The notes beneath the pieces were generated by a model that was not told the origin of the DNA, searched no databases, and saw nothing but the letters and a program-made list of their open reading frames with translations. Positions 11,871-24,287 of a stretch of 55,374 nt of DNA are shown piece after piece. Where the stretch lies: the NCBI RefSeq assembly GCF_004010195.1, contig NC_057718.1:93802179-93857552 (forward strand). The letters are read 5' to 3'. Position numbers and translations under genes: made by a program. Position 1 is the stretch's first letter; each line of letters starts with the position of its first letter. The DNA comes from Chiloscyllium plagiosum. Lineage: Eukaryota.

Positions 11871-12837
11871 CCACCCACAACTGTTACACCCAAAGGTGCT
11901 GCCACCAACACCCCAACAATTCAGAAGGGGGCTTGTGTTCTGCAATGTGACAGGCCTATCTATTTGTGTTCTAAAGTATGCTCCATGTTGTAGCTGTCCC
12001 TCTGCGGTCGGCGTGTTGAAGCAGTTTAGCAGGGACAACAGTGGAGCTACACTTGCCATTAACACGTCAATTTTCCTCCAAACTCCATTCCTGGATTTCC
12101 CACATTAGCGTGATATTCCCCACTCTATACAATTCTTCAGATATGAATCCTACAAATTATGATAATGCAGAGGGCTGATAAGGAGAGTCTTGTAGCTATT
12201 GTTGTAGCAACAACACAATGTGTTTCAAGCTTATGGCTGAATACTAATCAAAGGAAATGACAGGAAAAATTCCGGCCCTACTCGTCAAATACATATCAAA
12301 CTGCAAGATATTGCAAATTTTACATCGGCATCCATTTTGTCTCTGCAAAGATTGTCTTCCTGTTGTCAAATTTCTGTCACACCCTGTGAAATCCATGTTT
12401 GAGACAGTCTGGCTATTGTCCCTGACTGGACAGGGGAACTGATTGAGTGACAGTGATGGGAAGTATCTGAAGGTAGAGCTGCAGATTCAGGCTCTACTGA
12501 GGCCCTGCTTCTCTCAAGACAGTGATGGCAAGGTCCTGATTGAAGCCCCTGTGTTTCCTCACAGACTCATATTGCTCTGTAAGGATTGTACAGGCAGCAC
12601 AGTATAGACTGTACCATGGTGCTTCAATAGAGAATTACCTCATATTCTGTGGCTGTTTGAAGGAGTGTGAATGGTTTGACTTGCTGAGCTTCTTCTGTGA
12701 TTCTGGCTGCCTTTTTGTATTAACACAGGAAAAAAAATACATATTTGAAGAGCGGATATTTTGACCTGTTGTGTGTTTTAAGGGACAACGTATATCTTGT
12801 GGTCATCATTAGACTCTTAAGGGGCATATATCTTTAG

Positions 12838-13318
12838 GAGTGGCACAGTAGCTTAGTGGTTGGCATTGCTGCATCATAGCACCAGGGACCCAGGTTTGCG
12901 TCCATCCTCGGGCGACTGTCTGTATGGAGTTTGCATGTTCTCTCTGTGACTGCATGGGTTTCCTCCAGGTGCGCCGGTTTCCCCCCACAGTGACAATCAC
13001 CTGATGAAGGAGCGTCGCTCCAAAAGCTAGTGTGCTTCCAATTAAACCTGTTGGACTATAACCTGGTGTTGTGTGATTTTTAACTTTGTACACCCCAGTC
13101 CAACACCGGCATCTCCGAATCAGTCCAAAGATATGCAGGCTAGGTGAATTGGCTAAAATGTCCATAGTGTTCATGGATGTGTGGGTTAGGTGCAATAGTC
13201 AGGGGTAAATGTAGAATAATAGGTTAGGAGAACGAGTGTGGGTGGATTATTCTTCGGAGAGTTGGTGTGGGCTTGTTGGGCCGAAGGGCCTGTTTCCACA
13301 CTGTAAAGATTCTACAAT
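12838..13318 (+). mobile_element. HE1 SINE interrupted by a PLE family-B insertion
   Basis: The SINE breaks at CCCACAGT (12990) and resumes at CAGTCCAAAGAT (13120). Confidence 0.85.
12991..13119 (+). mobile_element. PLE family-B mini-insertion with hammerhead motif (GAAA mutated to AAAA)
   Basis: acaatcac-CTGATGAAGGAGCGTCGCTCC-AAAAGCTAG...CACCGGCATCTCCGAAT; CAGT is duplicated at the junctions. Confidence 0.8.
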
Positions 13319-13649
13319 TACTGTGCAGTACCAGGATGTTTAAAAGTCAACCCAGTGCATTGTAAATTACGGAGAGTCTTTATAGGGATGCGTCTTTCAC
13401 CTCAGCAGGTGTATGCCATTGTTTGTGCTCCACAGGAACCTTCTTTCAACCAGCTTCGACTCACTGTCTTGACATATCCCTTTGTTCCCATCTCCCTCTT
13501 GTGCTTATCTTGTGCTCCCCCTTGAATGCAGCTATGTTATTCATTTCCAGAACTCCATCTGGTTATGGGTGGCACATCCTCACCACTGAATAAAGAAGCC
13601 TTCTCTGAACTCCTTACTGAGTATATAATATCCATACAATACTTCATAT

Positions 13650-13960
13650 TCATTCACGGGGTGTGTCCAGTATTTATTGCCTACCTCTAATTGCCCAGAG
13701 GGCAATTTAAAAGTCAACCACATTGCTGTGCAATCTGGTGTCACATGTAGGCCAGAGTAGGTAAGGATGGCAGTTTCCTTCCCTAATGGGGATTACTGAA
13801 CCAAATGAATTTTTCCAACAATGGTCATCATTCGACTCTTAATTAGTGAATTTAAATTCTACCATCTGCTATGACAGAATTTGAACTCAGGTCCCGGAAA
13901 CATAACCTGGGATTCTGGATTAACAGTCTTGCAATAATACTCCAGGCCATTGCCTTCCCT
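13650..13960 (-). mobile_element. tRNA SINE (second family)
   Basis: Homologous to 2185-2512; head GGGAAGGCAATGGCCTGGAG on the minus strand. Confidence 0.75.
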
Positions 13961-13980
13961 TGTATATGTATTATATACAA

Positions 13981-13985
<5 letters not shown>

Positions 13986-14017
<32 letters not shown>
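13986..14017. repeat. (TA)n microsatellite
   Basis: Direct reading. Confidence 0.95.
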
Positions 14018-14021
<4 letters not shown>

Positions 14022-14332
14022 CCATTGAATACATGAAGAATTACTGACAATAATAACCTAATAACCTGAGGAAGAACTTACACTGTCCTGGAATACATGT
14101 GACTCCAGACCCACAGTAATATGGTTGATTCTTAACTGTCCTCTCAGCCACTCAGTTCAAGGGTAATTAAGGATGGGCATCAAATGCTGGCCTTTCCAGC
14201 ATTGTCCGCATCCCATGAAAGAATAAATAAAAGCTCTCCATTGATCTCCCACATCCTTTCTGTCCTTCCTGTTGCACATTGCCGCCTCGAACAGAAATGT
14301 AATAAACAAGTATAGGAGTAGGCCATTCAGAC

Positions 14333-14695
14333 TCCACCAGTTTCTTCACTTCCCCTCCATCCACCTTGCCCCAGTTCCAACCTTCCAGCTCAGCACCATC
14401 CTCATGACCTGTCCTACCTGTCAATCTTCCTTCCCACCTATCTGCTCCACCCTCCTCTCTGACCTATCACCTTCCCCCCCACCTCCATCCATCTATTGCA
14501 CTCTCAGCTACCTTCCCCTTCCCTCCCATTTATCTCTCCACCCCTGAGGCTCTCAGCATCATTGCTGATGATGGGCTTTTGCTCGGAATGTCAATTTTTC
14601 TGCTCCTCAGATGCTGCCTGACCTGCTGTGCTTTTCCAGCACCACTCTAATCTTGACTCTAATCTCCAGGATTTGCAGTACTCAATTCCGCCCAG
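14333..14695 (+). mobile_element. PLE family-A 3' fragment (C/T-rich UTR, degenerate hammerhead, tail) inside a minus-strand CR1 tail
   Basis: Shares CCAGTTCCAACCTTCCAGCTCAGCAC with 42350 and 47425; CTGATGATGGGCTTTTGCTCGGAA at 14565. Confidence 0.8.
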
Positions 14696-15092
14696 TCAGC
14701 CCATTAAACCTGCCCCAACATTCAACATGGTCACGGTTGATCCTCTATCTCATTGCCAGGCACTCATGCTCTCTCCCAGAACCCCTTAGCACCCTTAGCC
14801 TCTAGAAATCTATTTCTCTCTCAGACGTAGTCGGTGATTTGGCCCCCATAACTTTCTGTGGTAATACAATTCCATTATTTCACCACCATCTGCAGGAAGA
14901 AACTTCATTTCATCTCAGATTGAATTGGTTTATGCCCAATTCTGAGACCCTGATCCCTGGTTCTGGGACACACCACACCTCTCTAATCCCAGTCATTATT
15001 CTGCATCCCATTTTTTGAGCCTAATCAGAATTATACATGTTTCAGTGAAATACCCATTTATTCTTCGAAACAGAATGCGCACCCCATCAAAC

Positions 15093-15320
15093 CACTCTCC
15101 CCGTGTCTGCGTGGGTTTCCTCCGAGTGCTCCGGTTTCCTCCCATAGTCCAAAGATGTGCAGGTCAGGTGAATTGGCCATGGTAAATTGCCCGTAGTGTT
15201 AGGTGCATTAGTCAAAGGGAAATGGGTCTAGGTGGGTTACTCTTCGGAGGGTCAGTGTGAACTTGTTGGGCCGAAGGGCCTGTTTCCACACTGTACAGAA
15301 TCTAATCTAAGCTAAACTAA
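15093..15320 (+). mobile_element. 5'-truncated HE1 SINE
   Basis: V-domain and (AATCT)n tail. Confidence 0.85.
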
Positions 15321-15364
15321 CCTCACATCATACAACAAATTGCCATCCCAGGAATCAGTCTGAT

Positions 15365-16430
15365 GAAAGTTCGATTTTGATTTTATTGTCACAAGTATTT
15401 TACTGTAAGAATACAATAAAATACGGTGAAAGTGTTCATTTGTTCCCATGAAATGGCACCATTTTGAATCATTTAAGAATAAGGAAGTAAATGAAAGATA
15501 TAACTTGGAGAGAGTCTATCAGACCTAAGCCGGCTCATCACCATCGACGAAACCTGTGCCGCTATCCCTCCACCACCACTTCGCCGCCGTCTATGCCAAT
15601 GTTGTAGCAAAATTAATAAAACTCAAATTTAGAAGCAATTCCATCAACTTTATTAAATCAAAAGCTTTTGAGAGGAGCAGCGTGATTCTGACCCTAGCCA
15701 CGGGACTTAACCACGCCATCTCTCCCCGAACATCAGGTACAGCAGTTTATATAGTCTGGATGACGTGTACAGCAAAAGCCCACGAAAGACGGTTTCTTGT
15801 GTTCTGCGCGCGTGCACACAGTGATTGCTAGTTCCAGGAACAGCGTACCACGACGTTGTGTTCTGTATGTATTTCTTCTTTAGTTAGTTTCTGTTTTCGC
15901 CAGACCCAGGCAACATCGGAGTCAACGATCCTCAGGCGTCATCTTTGCCGCTGGGCCGATACTCCTCCTCCACCAACACCACCGCCTCCACCACTGCCAC
16001 CTACACTAGACCAACCAATGTCAGAATCATGTCTTTCGCCGCTGTGCCCACCTCACCGTGATGCCCTTCCGCTGCCAGCGCTGGACCAACCATCAACGAG
16101 ATTACCTGTCCACAGGCGCCATCTTTTGCTGCTGGGCCTACCTCGCCGACATCGCCTCTGTTGATGTAGCAGCCACCGATTCCAGGCCCTGTGCTGGCTC
16201 TGGAAAAGTAATTAATGGCTTACTCTCCTGTGGACTGGGCCTGCTTGAGGTCCGCACCCTGGGTCCACTTCAGGTCCTGCACTGGGCTCTCATTGCCACC
16301 AATGCTGTCCAAGCTCAGGATAAGGCAAGTAAATGAAAGAAAAGCAGTTGAAACGGACAAGTTCTGGCCCTGGAGCCCTACACCATTGCCATCTTGGACT
16401 GGAGGAACCAGAAGACTCTCCCTCTGCTGC
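15365..16430 (-). mobile_element. Non-coding GC-rich retroelement with Rex/Babar-type tail
   Basis: Minus-strand tail TTTCAC-hairpin-GTGACAATAAAATCAAAATC at 15372-15432; head CCAAGATGGC at about 16388-16397. Confidence 0.55.
15603..15850 (-). mobile_element. Candidate solo LTR
   Basis: TG...CA termini. Minus-strand order is CRE-like ACACGTCA, TATATAAA, then AATAAA. Flanks CAATGT/CGACGT are consistent with a CpG-decayed 6-bp TSD. Confidence 0.5.
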
Positions 16431-16498
16431 ACCCCCTCAGCAGAGTTGGGGGGGGGGGGTCTTCCAGCTCCTCCAGTCCAAGATGGTGGTGGTGTAGG
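16377..16498. repeat. Imperfect inverted repeat (arms about 55-60 bp)
   Basis: CCTACACCATTGCCATCTTGGACTGGAGGA...TCTGCTG versus CAGCAGA...TCCTCCAGTCCAAGATGGTGGTGGTGTAGG. Confidence 0.85.
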
Positions 16499-18252
16499 TT
16501 TCAGTGATAAGTATATCTCTTCTTTGTTAAGGAGACCAAGACTGTGCACAAGACTCCAGTGTATGGTCTCACTAAGGGCATGTGTGAACTCAGAATGAAG
16601 GCCAATATACCGTTAGCATTCCTAACTGTTGAATGCATCTGCAGTCACATGGTAAACCTTTGGGAAGTCCAGCTAATCAAGGAAAACAAACATCTCCCAA
16701 TCCATCCGGACCTCAGCCATATCCTTCAACCTCATCGGAAATCCCAGAAGCCCTTTAGAACCCAGAGCAATTGACCTTCAGCAATGGAGCTTCAGCCGCG
16801 GTGAAGTTTGTAATGTCAAATGAAGTTTACAATAAGTCACAAAGTAACACCTCATGAAAGATCCAACACAGAACATTCCTGTCGTTGTACTTTCCAAAAC
16901 TATATCTGTACAATCCACTGTAGGCGCACGTACGTGATGCACAACTAGAAGATTAAATACCTTCCAATGTTCTGCTGAGGTTACCTACACCAGACCATGG
17001 AGTGATAAGTGACAACATATTGCCAAACAGAAGGCATCACGGTGCATTCCAGCATTCCTAGCACAACTATCTACTTTAAGAATCTGAATGTAAAAAATCA
17101 GAATTCCTGCTCAGTCATTAAAAAAATAATTTCTATTTAGTTTTCAATTGCACTTTGCTCAACAATATCAGTCTTTAGCTATTGTCCTAAACTAATTCTG
17201 TTCCCTTTGAGATCTAATTACAGCAGGTTACCAGCTCAATTTGAGTTAAGTCTATGGATCTTTGATCTATTTACCTAACTAGGTGATAGGCTACATATTT
17301 TAATGTCATTGTCTTTCTTCACCTTGTCACTTTCCTTCATGTTTAACACCTTTTCTGGGTTAGCCTCACAGATTCTGCAGTTGCCAAGCCTTCAATTCCT
17401 AAACTGTTATCCTCCAATGCCTTGTTTTCTCTCCTGATAACCGACAGCAGTGAATTGAAGAGACGTGCTGTCCCTAACCATCATTACCCGGCAAAACCAG
17501 GAATAACAAGCTTGGATTTTCACCAACCTGCTGTATTTTTCCTTGAAGTCACTGGGCCAGCCCCTAATGTCCTGTTGATAGCGGTTGAGCGACCAACTTG
17601 TTCAGCAACATTCTCACAGATATTCTTGGACGAATTGTCGGCTGCCTTATCTTTAGTCCACCTGAGCTTTGAGAAAATGTGCAAAGTTAATTTGTGCTCT
17701 AAAGGCCTCAGATTGAACTCTAACCGCTTTTCTGTTTGCTGAGAGAGGTTTAATCTGCCAAATGGACCACATAGGTCACAGGGAATGTATCATTCCTTCA
17801 CCCTCCCTACCTCCTCCCTCTCATGCTTTGCCTCTTTCATTGCAGGTCTTGCTGAGATTAGGAATGTATGGCATTAAGGTCAAAATGTATCTGGCCATTC
17901 TATAGCTCATTACATCAATGCACAATTTGTGGCTCCCATTTCCTTGTTTAAATCTGCAGGCAAGGCATCATAAAAGGAAGAAATTTCCAATATGTAATTT
18001 GGTTTTTGATCTACTTTGATTTGCAAATATTCTTCAAAGGGTTCAGAAATGTGTCAGTTTTCGACTGAGATACCTCATCAAAAATACTCCCAAACAACTT
18101 CCTCTTTATTGTCCTCTGACTTTTGTTTATATTTTGCTGGCTTTTTTGGCATTTTGCACAGACCCTTTCCACCAGACCATGCCAATTATATGTGGGTGTG
18201 CCAAAGGCTTTTTAACATGGGAAATGATCAAATCTGAGGTCTGTCCTGTCAT

Positions 18253-18570
18253 TACAGATTCCCTACAGTGTAGAAGCAGGCCATTCAGCCCATTCAGCCC
18301 ACACCGACCCTTCAAGAGCATCCCATCCATCCCTGAATTTCCCATGACTAATTCACCTAACCTGCAAATCCCTGGACTATGGGCAATTTAGCATGGCCAA
18401 TCCACCTAACTTGCACAGCTTTGGACGGTGGCAGGAAACAGGAGCACTTGGAGGAACCTCACACAGACACCGGGCCAATGTGCAAACTCTACACAGACAG
18501 GGTGGAATCAAACCTGGGGCTCTGGTGTTGTGAGGCAGCAGTACTAACTACTGAGCCACCATGCACCCCT
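18253..18570 (-). mobile_element. HE1 SINE
   Basis: Reverse complement of the HE1 head (ACTACTGAGCCACC) and V-domain. Confidence 0.85.
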
Positions 18571-18899
18571 TGCCAAACACTTTTCTCTCTCTCTCATACA
18601 CACACTCTCTCTCTCTCTCTCTCTCTGACCCCTGAAATTCTTGAAACAGGGATATTGAAGCATTCCACAACAGTCACAGTGTGACTGAGCAATTCAACAC
18701 AAAGCTAAGATGAAGCCTTGAGCAGTGATTCCTTCAGACCACACTGTAAAGACAAGTTATACGTTGCTTCTACAATCTTCCCCAGGGATAAGAATTATAA
18801 ATACACTCTGGAATTTGAGGTGACTTCAAGTCCGTAGGTCTTCTCCAGTCTCCCACTACACCTCTGACAGGAGAGTGGTGAGACCACCAAGGGAATAGG

Positions 18900-20040
18900 C
18901 ACAGGAAGAAGCCAGTTAGTTCCTCATGCTTGTTAAGCTATGGAACAGTGTTGAGGTTAATCTGTAGCTTGACTCCATAAAGGCAATTTTGCCCCATATC
19001 CCTTCAGCTAACTGAGTGTTAGATATTTTCTAACTAGCCTATGCAGAAGTGTTACTAGAAATCTCTGGAGCAGGTGGGACTTAAACTTCCTGACTCAGAG
19101 GTAGGGACACTACTACTGTGTCACAAGTGCCCACTAACCCATTTTAAAATTAATGACTGATATAGCTTCAATTGCTATTTGTGGAAAGGGAGTTGCAATG
19201 CTCTTGATGAAGAAACATTTGCTAATTCCACTCTCTGAAAGGGCTTGTCCTAATATTCCAAATATATCCTCTCTTCCTATAATCCCTAAATAGCTAAGCT
19301 GTTCTTTCATAATCTACATATCTCTTCCCCCTTATTATTTTGAAACTTTGGTGAAAACACTGCCTAACCTTTCTAAATTCCAGGGAATCCAACCCTAGTT
19401 GTTTACCCTGTCTTTATAACTTAATCCCTGGAGCCCAGGTATCAATCTGGTTAGCCCACCTAATGCAATGTTCAAATTGATATTTTGACAGGAGAAATTC
19501 CTATAGGAGTTCACTCAAAACAAACTGCACGTAAATCATCCAAGTCAACAATTTTTATCTCTTCCAGGCTAGATTTCAACCCAGTTTGAAAGCTTTCGGC
19601 CATAGTATTTTCAATACTCCAAGTGTGATCTCACCAAGATTTTGCCAAGCCTGAAAATTGCCTTCTTCCCCCATGTATTTAGATTCTCGAGATATACAAG
19701 CCACCATCAATTTTCCTTTTAATTATTTTCCAGAGTACTTCGTGAGATTTTAACATGTGGGGCACCTGGGGATCTCTTCAGATTTCCACCGTTGATGACA
19801 TTTCACCATTTACATTCCAATCTTCTGTGCTTTTTACTTCCAAAGTAGATCATTTTGCCCACATTGAAACACATTTGCCATAGTTTGCTTGTTAACTCAA
19901 TCCATTTCTTTGTCATTTATACAGTCTTTGGGTCAAAAGCAAATTTGGGTATGTGATTCTCAATGGCATCATCGAACACTAATGAATGCAGTGGATAGTT
20001 GACACTGCCCAACACAAATCCTTCCAGGACACCAATAGAC
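18900..20040 (-). mobile_element. Highly degraded CR1 LINE pieces
   Basis: Remnants such as CACATTGAAACACATTTGCCA, ATGAATGCAGTGGATAGTTG and CCCAACACAAATCC. Confidence 0.45.
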
Positions 20041-20054
20041 CCATTCTGCTTGAC

Positions 20055-21390
20055 TTTTAAATTCATTCAGGGAATGTGGGCTCTGGTGGCTAAGTCAGCG
20101 TTTATTACCACCACTAATCGCCCTTGAGACGGTTGTGTTGAGAATCCTTCTTGAATGCCTGCACTCCACTTGCTGGTAGCAAGGGAAGGTCCAGGATTTT
20201 GACCCAGCAACCTTGTTTCCAAGTCAGGAAGATGATTCATTTGCAAAGGAATTTGCAGGTGGTCGGGTTCCCATGCAACTGCTGTCCTTGTCCCTCCAGA
20301 TAGCAATAGTCATGTTTTTGGAAGGTCCGATTTCAAGACCCTTGTGAATTTCTGCAGTACATCTTGCTGATAGCACACACTCCTGCTACTGCACATCAAT
20401 GATGGAGGGAGTTAATGTTTGTAGATATGATGCCAATCAGGGGAAATGCTTTCTTCTGAATAATGTCAAACCTCTTGGGTATTGTTGGAGCTGCACTCCT
20501 CCAGGTCAATGGGAAATATTCCCTTACACTTCTGATGTATGCTTTGTAGATGGTAGACAGAATCTGGGGAGTCAGGAGGTGAGTTGCTCACTGCTGGATG
20601 CCCAGCCTCTGATCTGCTCTTACAGCTACAGCGTTTTAGTCTAGTCAGTTTTTGGTGAATATTATTCCTCACAATGTAGGTAATGGAGGGCTCAGTGATA
20701 GTTCCGACATTGAATGTCGAGGGGCCAAGATCAGATTCTCTTTTGTTAGGGATGATCATTGCCATAAGCTTGCTTGGTGTAATATTACTCATCACCTGAT
20801 AGCTCAGGCCTGGATATTGTCCAGATACTTCTGCGTTTGGACATGGACTGCTTCAGTGTCTGAGGAGTCATGAATGGTGATGAACATTGGCCATCATGCA
20901 AACATCCCCACTTCTGACCTTTCAATCGACAGAAAGCCATTGATGGAGCAGCTGAAGATGGTTGGACCTAAGACAATACCCTGAGGAACTCTTGCAGAGA
21001 TGTCCTGGAGCTGAGATGACTGACGTCCATCAACCACAACCATCTGCCTGTTTGCCAGGTTGGATTCCGACCATTGGAGACTTTTGCTCATGATTCCCAT
21101 AATGCTTTGTTTTGATTGGGCTCCTTGAGGCTACATTCAGCCAAATGCGGCCTTGTTGTCAAGGATGAAAACAGGAATTGTTGGAAATTCTGAAGAAGGG
21201 TCACTGGACCTGAAGCATTAACTCTGATTTCTCGCCCCAGAGGCTGCTGGACCTGTTGAGATTTTCCAGCAACTTCTATTTTTGTTTCAGAATTCTAGCA
21301 ATTGTAGTCTTTGTTTTGATGTCAAGGACATTTACTCTCATAGCATCTCACCTCTGAAGTTCAGCTGTTTTGTCCACATTTGAACTGATT
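20055..21390 (-). mobile_element. CR1-clade LINE fragment with RT remnant
   Basis: QLQDISARVPQGIVLGPTIFSCSING...SEVGMFA; its 3' tail is shared with the second SINE family. Confidence 0.85.
21166..21315 (+). mobile_element. PLE family-C mini-insertion with degenerate hammerhead and short 5' inverted segment
   Basis: CTGAAGAAGGGTCACTGGACCTGAAGCATT at 21190; TSD TTGTTGTCAAGGA (21153-21165) / TTGATGTCAAGGA (21316-21328). Confidence 0.75.
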
Positions 21391-22246
21391 ACTAACCTAA
21401 TCATCTCTATTTTCCTCAGCCTCATTCCTTGAACCTTCCATTGGCCTTGCACTAGAATTCTGGGGAATCTCCTGAAAAATTCAGCCCCTGCAGATGTTTA
21501 GTCACAGTTGACTATCAGAACGTCACAAATCCCTTGTTTTTCCCTGAATCCCAGGATGAAGTTCACTCAGAGGTCTGTATTCCTGGACCATAACTTTGCT
21601 CTACTATGTCCAATTGACATTTACAGTTGTAACTCTTGACATGAGGTGTTTATTTATTAAACCATGAGCAAATGGCAAGCTGTCATGAAGACACTTCAGA
21701 ACCCAGATGGCAACAGGAAATTTCAATTGCTCATGGTTTTTCACAGTTGGTCTTGCCTTGTGCTAAAAGTGGGCCGAGCATGTCTTATTTTTGGCTCATT
21801 AAGCGAACCAATGTTATTACGCCACAGGTTTTTAAACATCAAAATTCAACCTTACCCAACCCATTCTCTGATCAGTTTCTGCCATTCAGTGTTTCAGAAC
21901 CTTGGAGCTGCCCATTACAACGTCTTGTGGCTTTTGCCCACAGCTTCTTCATTTTTTTTTTAAAAAGCTGAATACATTGAGGAAACCATTAAAATTACAG
22001 TACGTTCTCTTCAAATCAGGATTTCTGTGGCAGTCCGCTGCAGGTTATTGGCTTAGCTCATCTGATCTTTCTTAACTTGAATGATTCATATGGCTATTTC
22101 TCACTGGACAGACAACTCATGATGATTTATGTTATGCCTAAAGATTACAGTGAGAAAGACCCCTAAACTGTTCTTTACATCTCTCAAACCCCAATGTAGA
22201 GATTTTAAACTATTTGGTGCTAAATAGCTTTATTTTTTTTGATAGG

Positions 22247-22474
22247 CAAAAGTGAGGATTGCTGATGCTGGGAATCAGAGTCTTGATTAGAGTGGCGCAG
22301 GAAAAGCACAGCAGGTCAGGCAGCATCCGAGGAGCAGGAAAATCGATATTTTGGGCAAAAGCCCTTCATCAGCGTTCAGTCCTGATGAAGGGCTTTTGCC
22401 CAAAACGTCGATTTTCCTGCTCCTTGGATGCAGCCTGACCTGCTGTGCTTTTCCAGCACCACTCTAATCTCGAC
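22247..22474. mobile_element. PLE family-A inverted pair
   Basis: Minus copy 22247-22372, short spacer, plus copy from 22381 (CCTGATGAAGGGCTTTTGCCCAAAACGTCG). Flanked by TTTATTTTTTTTGAT / TTTATGTTTTTTGAT. Confidence 0.85.
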
Positions 22475-22560
22475 ATTTATGTTTTTTGATGGCTGGTTTG
22501 TGACTTGTGAAACTTTGTTGGGAGATGATTATCTGTAGGTAAGAGGATGGGAGCAGGATG

Positions 22561-23289
22561 TACAAAGTTAAAAATCACACAACACCAGGTTATAGTCCAA
22601 CAGGTTTATTTAGAAGCACTAGCTTTCGGAGCACTGCTTCTTCATCAGGTGGTTGTGGAGTGTTAGATTGTGAGAAACAGAATTTATAACAGAAGTTTGC
22701 AGAGTGATGTAACTGAAATTATATATTGAAAATTACCTGGATTGTTTGTTTAGCCTCTCATTTGTTAGAATTACCATGTTGGTTTCAGTTCTTTTACATG
22801 TAAATCGCAAAACTTTTTTTAAAAGTTACATTCTCAAGTGAACTTTAACAATTGGTGTCGTTGGCCCAGATAATGCATTGAAGGTGTGAGGTGCCCTGTG
22901 TGAGGCTGTCTGTGCCCCAATGTTCAGATTGATTCTGACCATTGGACAGTTGGACTGAACACCCCAGTCCAACACCAGCATCTCCAAATCATGACTACCA
23001 TTGACACCACTAACTACTGGCATAAAGTGGAGAAGATCTCCAAGAAGATCGCACATAATGAGACTAAACAAACAATCCAAGTCTTTTTCAATATGTAATT
23101 TCAGTTACATCACACTGTAAACGTCTGCTCTAAATTCTGTGTCTTACAATCTTATACTCCACAACCACCTGATGAAAGAGCAGTGCTACGAAAGCTAGTG
23201 CTTCCAAATAAACCTGTTGGACTATAACCTGGTGTTGTGTGATTTTTAACTCTGTACACCCCAGTCCAACACCGGCATCTCCAAATCGA
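22561..23289. mobile_element. Internally deleted PLE family-B element with inverted pLTRs
   Basis: Inverted terminal segments of about 200 bp, each with a hammerhead motif; TSD GAGCAGGATG at 22551-22560 and 23290-23299. Confidence 0.85.
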
Positions 23290-24287
23290 GAGCAGGATGG
23301 ATTTTGAAAAAAAAATCCCAAAATGACACCGAGCATCTTGTGATATCCTGTTGCCTGACTCCAATCTGGTAAAGTGCAACTGGTTTGACATTCCCAGCAT
23401 CAGTAAACTGAAACCTTGCCAGCACTCTTTGTAATGAAAAGGTATATTTCGAGAAAGTGAAAATGTTAATTAAAGGACAATGGGAGAGTTTTTATTACGA
23501 CAACCCAAAGATAAATAAACAGCTCAAGGTACAATTCTACCTACCTGTTACCTAAGAGACCTCACGTAACATACCTGATAAATCATGGACAGCACTTTGC
23601 TGACAAAGGTCCAGTTTACCCTGCCAATGATAGTGCAGTATTGGACACGGGACAGGCAAACAAACATGGTCTGCCAGCCGAAGGTATTTAGCACTCTAAA
23701 CAAAATCTGTCTCCATACACTTAAGATTAGCACACAACTTAATTTTAAAAAGGGGGAGAAAATGCCACAGCAGCTAAGTTGGAATCTGATAGTCTTGTAG
23801 CACGCTGCACTGCTTCACTTAAAATTCTTTCAAAATCTAGTTCAAGTGAGCAATAATGGATGAACAGGTTTAAGCTGTCCTTCCCCAGTCAATACACAGC
23901 GAGACTTTGTATACTGCCCACCTACTGTTCGCATTCACAGGAAATCTGCATCATTGAAAGGAGATTACTTCCCTTGACAGTAAGCAGTGGTGAGCAATGA
24001 AAATTATTCCATTTGTCAGGAATTTAGCTTAACGTTAAGAAGCTTCCTTTGGAAAGGGGACTTTGAGGTGACCTAGTTGAAGTCCTTGAGATTAATGATG
24101 GCAATTGACACAGTCAATCCAGGCAAATTACGTACTTTGGGGAAATTTTCAAAGCACTGGGGGCATAAGGTAAAAATGAGAGTGCTAAAGATTGCTTCTG
24201 GACAATGTGGCATTAACAGAAGAATATACAAGTTGTAAGCGCTCAGGTTTAATCTCAAATTTGCCATGAGCCTAGCTCATGCTGACT

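Noticed and set aside
15600..15915. Alternative LTR boundaries TGTTG...CAACA
   Set aside because: The flanks (GCCAA / TCGGA) give no TSD; 15603-15850 fits better.
15856..16598. Pro-rich overlapping ORFs
   Set aside because: They arise from the GC-rich body of a non-coding repeat; there is no coherent protein.
17422..17742. 106-aa ORF in unique DNA
   Set aside because: Non-ATG start and no recognisable homology on either strand.
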